Shown here in pieces: positions 55,629 to 64,000 of a stretch of 64,000 nucleotides of DNA. Within the stretch, counting starts at the first letter, position 1; each line of letters begins with the position of its first letter. The notes under the pieces were generated by a model. It worked only from the letters and a program-made list of their open reading frames with translations. It was not told where the DNA came from and searched no databases. The DNA comes from Octopus vulgaris (taxonomy: Eukaryota): NCBI GenBank assembly GCA_951406725.2, contig OX597822.1, positions 72,106,001-72,170,000 of the forward strand. Reading direction: 5' to 3'. The translations under genes and the position numbers were made by a program.

Positions 55629-56218
55629 CAGCGAGAGAGAGAGATAGAATGAAAGGGAGAGGTTGTTGTAATAAAAACCCAACACCATGAACATCATTCG
55701 TACAATGGAAGGAACATATTTTCGTCAATGGTTGTTTAGTTGGTCCATTGTTCCATTCTCTCATTCACTCATTGTTTACGGCAACAAAACACTTAGAATT
55801 CTGCTTACAGTCTTAGAAATGTCATAACAATCTTCAGAAATGGAAATTAGAATCATTTGCCGATGTATAAAACCATGCAGACAACAAAAAAGAAGGAATG
55901 AGGTAAAATAGGTTTGAATAAAATAAATGATAACTAGAAAAACACGAAGAAAAGAAGAGTGAAGAAGCTTGACTAAATGGCTAAGAAACTAAGCAGTGAA
56001 TATTTAACAGGGGAGAGGAGAAGGAGGGAGGAAGGAAGAGGGAAGAAGGGAGGAGGAAAGAAGGAAGGATGGGGTGCTGGAGGAGAAATAGATGAAGAAA
56101 AATGAGAAGGAAAAGAGGAATGAGATGATGAAAGAAAAACCGTAAATGAAAGAAACGGGAGGACAAAAATTCCATCGATTGACAATTTTTAATTTCATTG
56201 ACAATAACTTCCGAGCTA

Positions 56219-56283
<65 letters not shown>

Positions 56284-56836
56284 GATGTTTCCGTATGAAG
56301 CGATGGAAAGACACATGCACACATATATACGCAAGCATATATATATATATGTATATATATTTATGTATGTGTGTGTGTCCGTACAATATGTACAATATTG
56401 TACATATATATAGACATATGCCCAATATATATATAAATAGATACATACATACAAATACATATATGCATATATATATATATATATATATATGCATATATAT
56501 GTGTCTGTATGTGTACTCGTATGCGTGTATGTGTATGTGTGAGTGTGTTTGTGTGCATGTGTTTATGCGCTTGTGCAAACATTTATGTTTCCGAGTGAGT
56601 TATTTATTAATAGTTGAGATATTATTATTAATTTTAACGCATACAAACGAGCGCCATATACGATTTACTGCCACGTTTCTATTCTTAGCTGCTGGTATTT
56701 AATTTTATATACAGAGCTAATGTTTTTAGGAAAACCATCAACGTCACTGTTTCTCATGCTCACTCCTCTTGTAAGTATTAATGCCTTTTGACGACGCTGG
56801 ATATTAATATATCTCTCTACTATTCTCATTAATTAA

Positions 56837-56893
56837 ATGTCTCCTGAAGAGTACAGTTAAGTTTGTGTAATCTTTGTATGAAAAATGAGGCAT
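56837..56893 (+). ncRNA. Degenerate hammerhead motif
   Basis: AUGUCUC CUGAAGA GUACA..UGUAU GAAA aau GAGGCAU; stems I and II intact, stem III and cleavage triplet lost. Confidence 0.5.
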
Positions 56894-57149
56894 GAATTTA
56901 GATTATTTAGTACATGTACAATCCGTGTAAACTGAGTCACGCGAATGAATGAGCGAGCTTCTATGTAGATACTCGATCTGCTAAAAATAGTAGCCAATTG
57001 CCAAATGCTTCCTTTGAATCTAAGCTATGGTGGTTATCCTTTGTTCATTTTGTTTTTAGGCTTGCTAAACCATGACTAGAAATTGCTGTCAAATTTCCTT
57101 CATTGTATTTTAAAAATGTTTTCAAAACGTTTTAGAAATGTTTTCAAAT

Positions 57150-57340
57150 TTTGGTACAAGGCCAGCAATTCTAGGGGATGCGAATAATTCGAATGCATTG
57201 ATCCCCGTGCTCAATTAGTACTTATTTTATCGATCTCGAAAGGGATGAAAAGCAAAGGCAGTTGATCTCAGAGCCTAAAGAGCCGGAAGAAATGTCGTTA
57301 GACATTTTGTGCGGCTCGTAATGGTTCCGCCAGCTTACCG
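57150..57340 (-). mobile_element. SINE family A, diverged
   Basis: Core ATCGAT..CGAAAGG.ATGAAA.GCAAAG and head remnant CCAGCTTACCG. Confidence 0.6.
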
Positions 57341-58079
57341 TCTTTTTTCTGTCTTCAAATAAAAGAAGAATATATCGGAGAATTTAGTCCTCGATAAAAT
57401 ATGTAAAATAAAAATAAAAATAGCGATAAAAAGAAAAAGAAAAGAATTTGTTATGTCTAATTATAAATCTGCTCCAAGAAAAATAACTTGAGAGTAAAGA
57501 GGAACAAAGATCCAACTTCACACACACACATACACACACGCGCGCATACACACACACACACACACGCACGTGCAAGAGCGCGCACACAGTCACCTTATGT
57601 TATAAGAGGATTGTAGCATATTTTAAAAAGTTTCCCATAAAGTTTCTCTAGTTTTCAAATGTTTATTTTTGTTATAATGTTCAGAATGTCAAAATTTTCC
57701 TATAGATTGGTGGCGAACGCCTTAAAATAGAAGAATAAAAGTTTGCCTACCATACTAGTGATCTTCTCTGAATACGTGATTCGATATTTCAAGGAATTGT
57801 TTCATCTCTCATTTCATCATTTAAATCTATTAACTATTTTCTAGTGACACAAGGTTTCCCCTGTAATATTTTCTCCCTTTTCTCAGCAATATTATGTAGA
57901 AATTAATAGGTTTCCATTTCAGTATAGTTCTTAAACTTTATGATCTTAAAATACGTTCTGAGATCAATTCACATTGAGAAATTTTGACTTAGAGCATAAA
58001 GGCTCGTAAGTAAATACAGCAAGATATTTTCAAACCCACCGTCATTTTCAGTAACAAAATAATTAAAAAATGATCTTAC

Positions 58080-58274
58080 CTAATGATATTTTCTCTCCAG
58101 CATCCGGTGGAAGGATAAATAATAACAGAGACAGTGCAGAAATAAGCACACACGGTATGATGATGTTGAAGCCATAATATAGAGTTCGACGACGAATATG
58201 AATTGTATAAGTTGCATCCAAGTAAATTTGTGGACAACATTCGTATTTAACAACGTTACGCCTTCCGGGGACAG
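58080..58274 (-). CDS. CHRNA7-like: alpha7-like nAChR alpha subunit, exon equivalent to CHRNA7 exon 7 (loop C + M1)
   Basis: Acceptor tgtcgtttcag and donor G|gtaaga; 195 nt; encodes [64 protein letters not shown] with vicinal CC, RRRTLYY and the cation-type GEK motif. Upstream exons were not found in 58275-64000, so they lie outside the window. Confidence 0.96.
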   Translation of the reverse strand: MSPEGVTLLNTNVVHKFTWMQLIQFIFVVELYIMASTSSYRVCLFLHCLCYYLSFHRMLERKYH

Positions 58275-58833
58275 CTGAAACGACACAGAAAAGGACAAGA
58301 ACAGAAAATGAGAATATTACGTTATGTATCAATAGTTTGCAAGGCACAGTGTTAACTATCCCTCTTGTCAAATGAGGGATTATGATAAATTATTTCACAG
58401 GTATTTGCTTTATCGAATGCGGAGAAATGAAAGGCAAAGCTGATCTTAACGATTTCTGAACGTGGTATAATGAAACTAAATAGCAGAACATTTAAGCGGT
58501 TGTACGTAATAGAATATCTCTAACCTTGGTCAAAAACAATGTTGTTTAGAGCAATCTCTCTCTCTCGAGAACATGTAATACAAACAACGGACTACTGGGC
58601 CCAAAGCCTTGCACTATATTGTAACGTCTCTTGGTAAACTGAGTTCAAATCTGACAGTGATAAAATCTGCCTTTTCAATCTTTCAGGGTTGATTAAAAAT
58701 TTAACTGACATGTACTGAGATAAATTCAATCGAATCCAGGTATATGTACATACACATATACATAGAGACACATATACACTTACATATAAATATCCTATCT
58801 GCCTACATGCTTGCTATCTGGTTATTTTTCTTT

Positions 58834-58897
<64 letters not shown>

Positions 58898-59059
58898 CTT
58901 GCAAACAAACCAGAAAGGCTTTGTAAGTTACGGAGGGAAAGCTACTATGGAAGACTCATAATATCATAATAACAGTATAATAATGCCATAATAATACATA
59001 TTCTCCGATTTGAAGCTACAGTTTTTGAACACAAATAAATGACCGAAAAATGATGAGCT

Positions 59060-59132
59060 AGCCCTAGCCAGAATCGAACTCACAAATCAACGCTACGACG
59101 GCTCCTTGCGCATCCGACTGGACCAAACGCTC
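59060..59132 (-). pseudogene. tRNA-like remnant (SINE head or tRNA pseudogene)
   Basis: A-box TGGTCCAGTCGG and B-box GTTCGATTC, but the cloverleaf stems pair poorly. Confidence 0.35.
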
Positions 59133-59192
59133 AGCCATCAATTTCAGCCAAATTTAATGAATATATTCTTAAACTGACTAATACTACATGGA

Positions 59193-59275
<83 letters not shown>

Positions 59276-60094
59276 ATACACACACATATATGAATATTCT
59301 GAATATAAATTTTTGGACAATATTCACTTTCTGAAAGATTATAGGCTAATAATTTGGGACTTGCTTCAATATTATCACTACGTTTTATGAGATATCGTCT
59401 CACGTAATGGTACCTTATAGTTTTACACGAGCGCTCATTCTACAGAAATGTCCCAATAAATCTGCAGGATAGTAAAGTCTTTATATTCTTCATAGAGTTA
59501 GTATTAGAATTAATATTTCAATCCATGAAAATATAAGCATTTTTCATGATAATCTGACAAAAAAAATGATTATTAAAATCTTGAAAAAATATGTAAAATG
59601 TTGAACAGACTGTATCAAACAATTCACTTCAAATGGAGACGAAATTGAAGAATACAAAATTAAAATAAATACTATACACAATTCATTCACAAAAACAAAA
59701 CAAATGAAACAACGAAAACAGAAAAAAACGAAATCAAATATTTTTTGTGGATATCTTATAATAATTCTGCTTGTCATTGCGTTACTTATCCCGTCGGTAA
59801 CGCTTTCACGCGATTAGAGAAGAAGAAGAAGAAGAAGAAGAAGAAGAAGAAGAAGAAGAAGAAGAAGAAGAAGAAGAAGAAGAAGAAGAAGAAGAAGAAG
59901 AAGGTGGCGGTGGTGCAATTTACCGCGAATAAAAAAAGATTCTCTCTTACAGTATAAGGTGTAAAAAGACCAAATCTATCTACTCACGATATGGCGAGGG
60001 ATTCCTGTATTCCTGTATATATACATACGCACACACACACACACATATATATATGTGTGTGTGTTGTTTGTGTGTATATATATATATGTGTGTG

Positions 60095-60152
<58 letters not shown>

Positions 60153-60156
60153 TATA

Positions 60157-60450
60157 TTGGTACAGGACACCACAAACACCAAAAATGAAATACAAAAGCC
60201 AATGAGTTCAATACGCAAACAACGAGAGAAACAAATGGAACAGGACAAGTAACATAAAGAACGATCCTTCATCAGTTGTCGGCTGTTTATCTACTCCTCA
60301 TTTCAAGCATTGAACGACAATATGAGTCTTCGAAGACAGTTGCTCCATAAGTACCAAAATAAAATTTGGAATTGTGGAGGGTCAAATCTGGGAACAAAAA
60401 CAAGACAATGGAGACATACAAGGAAGCCGAACGAGGGTCGTTAGACCAGA
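60157..60450. repeat. Copy of the 5035/19242 repeat family
   Basis: GGTACAGGACACCAC...CTTCATCAGTTGTCGGCTG...GAAGACAGTTGCTCC next to (TA)n. Confidence 0.75.
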
Positions 60451-60607
60451 ACGACAGTAAAATAGTGAACGATGGAGAAATATTTTCTTTGTCAAGAGAA
60501 AAGATAGAAGAGAGAGACAGGATACGTCCAGTCTTTAGAAAAGCCCTGAAAGAAAAGAAAGATGATCAAGTGAGGAAAAGGAAGATGGACAATGATCATG
60601 TGTGAGA

Positions 60608-60667
<60 letters not shown>

Positions 60668-60888
60668 AAGGAGAAAGGGTGAGAGAGAGACAGATAGACA
60701 ATGGTGAAGGGGAGAAAAAGGAATTAGAGAAAGGATGAGATAGAAAACGATAGGGGAAGAAAACAGTCGCATCAATATATATATATGCGTGTGTATGCGT
60801 GTGCGTGCGTGCGCGTGTGTGTGTCTATATGTAGGTATAATGATACAAATAATCAGCTGTTAGGACTCGATGCATATTTGCTTTAGAG

Positions 60889-61160
60889 CAGTGTTTCTCA
60901 ACCATTTCTTTACCTATGGGCCCCTCTGATTCTTGTTTCACTGGGGTGGACCTCCATAGCCATACGATGTTTAAAAAGATCCTTTGTATTTTTAGAATTG
61001 TATAAAAAACGTTAAAATATCGTGTGTAGTGTGGACATATTTGTTGCACATAAACCTTACTGGTCTGAAGCACAGCATTTTCACAGCCCTTGAAAAATTA
61101 TTGTGAAACCCCAATTTACTATATTGCAAAATCTTATATGGCCCCTGTTGAGAACCCCTG
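60889..61160. mobile_element. hAT (Charlie-like) MITE
   Basis: TIRs CAGTGTTTCTCAAC and GTTGAGAACCCCTG; 8-bp TSD ctttagag / cattagag. Confidence 0.85.
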
Positions 61161-61574
61161 CATTAGAGTAAAGCGTTAAGCGTGTACAGAGCGTATTATT
61201 AATTATTGAATGATAAGGAAACAGGAACTACCTAATGAACTCCAATAGCTTACATCTGTTTGGCTCTGAGGAAGCTATAACATGTTGCACAAGAACTCAG
61301 TTATGAGTTCACTGTTTCTTATAGCAGAAACGACTGTAACATAATAGAGTTGATTACGAAATTCTCCTGTTCTTTTGTCATTCAATTATTAATAAGCGTA
61401 TATAAAGAGGTTTTGGGCCAACAGGTATTGGGATATGACGATACGTCATAAAGTTAAAACTTTTATGGATGGGAAATCTAATGCAATCCCATAAACCGGC
61501 CTTCCCCATTTAATATATACTGCTCTATATCATAGAGTGCGCTTCTTCTTTCGGATCTATGTTATTTTACAGAC

Positions 61575-61821
<247 letters not shown>

Positions 61822-62175
61822 GTATACACACCGTGAAGGCACGTAACTTCATGATTTGGGAAGCGGAAGGTCGTGTGCTTGAGCAATACATTTTATTTCA
61901 CGTTGCTCCAGTCCATTCAGCTGGCAATAGTGAGTGCTGTGGTAATGTGTTTCAAAGGGCCAGTATTGCCCCATTCTATGTTAGGCTGAATCTCCCTCAG
62001 AACTACGCTAAGGATTCGCGTGACTGTGGAGTGCTCAGCCACTTGCACGTTAATTGCACAAAAAAAAAACCTGTTTTGTTGATCGGATCAACTAGGACCC
62101 TCATCGTCGCAACCAACGGAGTACTAGTTATGCACACACATACGCACACACACACACAGATACGCGCGTGCGCGT

Positions 62176-62209
<34 letters not shown>

Positions 62210-62347
62210 GTAGGCAAACACATTTATCTATCGTTCTCTTTGTTCTATTTATCTATCTGTCTGTCTATCTATCTGTCTGCCTGTCTTCTTGTCTCTGTCT
62301 CTTTGTCTATGAATGTATGTACGCATGTATGTATGTATGTATGTATG

Positions 62348-62378
<31 letters not shown>

Positions 62379-62389
62379 CTATTTATCTG

Positions 62390-62451
<62 letters not shown>

Positions 62452-63201
62452 CATGTCTCTATCAGTGTATGCACACCTATATACGTAGGTATGTGTGTCG
62501 TAGGCTTCGATGTCTTTTCCGTTATTGCTCTTACTTTGGATATAAGAGTCGAATGCATGGTTGATTAAGCGAATACTAATGAGATTAGCTCTTATCTTAA
62601 ACGACAGCATTTTCTCGAAGGACGACAGAATTAATCAAACATACGGTAAGGTCTTACATTAAGAGACAAATGTTAATAATATTGTATTAAATCAATTTTA
62701 GCCAAGAAATTACTCAAGGCGGGAGATTAGATTGAGTTACTTTGAAGAACATTTGAACATTCCATTCCTCTATGTTCGCTTTTGTGAGGACTAACTTTAG
62801 CAATAAATCTTTAAAACAAACTATTGGAAAGGCACAGAAAGATTTATGGTTAATTCTTACTTATATCAATTTTCAAATTAAATAGTTTTAATTTGAAGAA
62901 ACAATCTCTCACAAATTATTCTTAAGTAAACATATTTCACCGTGTTTGTTCTCCCAGTACACGTTAAGTAAGTACGTATATATTTCTCACTCATTTCTCT
63001 TTTTCTGTCGCTGCCTCTCTCTCTCTGTTTATCCCACTCTTAATGCATTCCTTTATTGTGTTTTATTAGTTTAAGTACTTGGACTTCGGCCAAGCAGGGA
63101 TACTGAATTCAAGTTGATCATATTAATTAAAATTATTGCAGTTTAAGATTTATATTATTTCCAAAAGCTACACGAGATAAGGACACACACAGACAGAGAC
63201 A

Positions 63202-63312
<111 letters not shown>

Positions 63313-63781
63313 CCTGCCTGCCTGTCTGCCTGTCGGCCTGTCTGTCTGTCTGTCTGTCTGTATGTCTGTCTGCCTGTCTGTCTGTCCACCTCTCTGTCTG
63401 TCTGACGGACAGTTAGTTCTCTTCTTGTGATGTATCCCAGAGGATTATGTTTTAATTAATTGCGCCCATAATTATATTTCAGTTTTAAGGCGGCGAGCTG
63501 GCAGAATCGTTAATACGCCAGGCAATATTTACGGTCATTTCGTCCCCGCTGGTCTATATCACTGGTCACAATGTGTCCACAATTCTGTCTTGATTTCGCT
63601 ATTTTTTTCTATCTTGACCCAAATTGCTCAGTTAAATCGTTTCCCACCGTCGTGTGTACGTGTATATGCGTGTGTGTGTGTGTGTGTGTGTGTCTTCCGG
63701 TCTTTCAAAATGTGACCTCGTGTGTACCGTTGGCAATTTTTTTCCTCTGTCTTCCCTTCTCTGGATCTTTCCTTCTCCTAT

Positions 63782-63816
63782 GTTTCCGACGAAGAGCTCC
63801 GCTCGAAACGTTAAAC
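63782..63816 (+). ncRNA. Minimal hammerhead ribozyme, U4C core variant
   Basis: GUUU CCGACGA a GAGC ucc GCUC GAAA CG UU AAAC. Confidence 0.6.
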
Positions 63817-63938
63817 CCTCCTTCGTTCCTTCTTTCCTGAGCGTCCAATAATACTATATTTGTTCCACGTCCTCGCGTTGTTGTGTTTTTTTTGTGCTTT
63901 CTTGTTTGGATTAACTTTATGTATCTATAATATATATA

Positions 63939-64000
63939 AGGCGCCGAGCTGGTAGAAACGTTAGCACACCCGGGCGAAATGCTTAGCACTATTTCGTCTT
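63939..64000 (+). mobile_element. SINE family A head (runs off the window)
   Basis: GGCGCCGAGCTGGTAGAAACGTTAGCAC. Confidence 0.75.

Overview
AT-rich, microsatellite-saturated animal genomic DNA, most consistent with a coleoid cephalopod such as Octopus (inferred from the repeat families and sequence texture). The only host gene is the 3' part of an alpha7-like nicotinic acetylcholine receptor alpha subunit on the minus strand. It has four exons (58080-58274, 27480-27566, 18793-18902, 6503-6949); the three internal ones (195, 87, 110 nt) match CHRNA7 exons 7-9 in size, and the introns are 30.5, 8.6 and 11.8 kb. The introns and flanks hold tRNA-derived SINEs (three families), two Tx1/L1-clade LINEs, CR1, R4-like and Penelope-like remnants, mariner/Tc1, hAT and pogo MITEs, and a Helitron. 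Almost all listed ORFs are microsatellite artefacts. Four signals stand out. (1) Exons 8 and 9 (M2, M3) can each fold back on a GC-rich downstream intron segment, as candidate ADAR editing or splice-control duplexes. (2) There are several minimal type I hammerhead ribozyme motifs, three of them sense to the receptor pre-mRNA in the 30 kb intron. (3) A Tx1-like LINE shares its 3' tail with a SINE and sits at the same SINE site where SINE copies also stack. (4) A permuted hammerhead-like motif recurs in three unrelated repeats. All structures were read by eye and none were computed.
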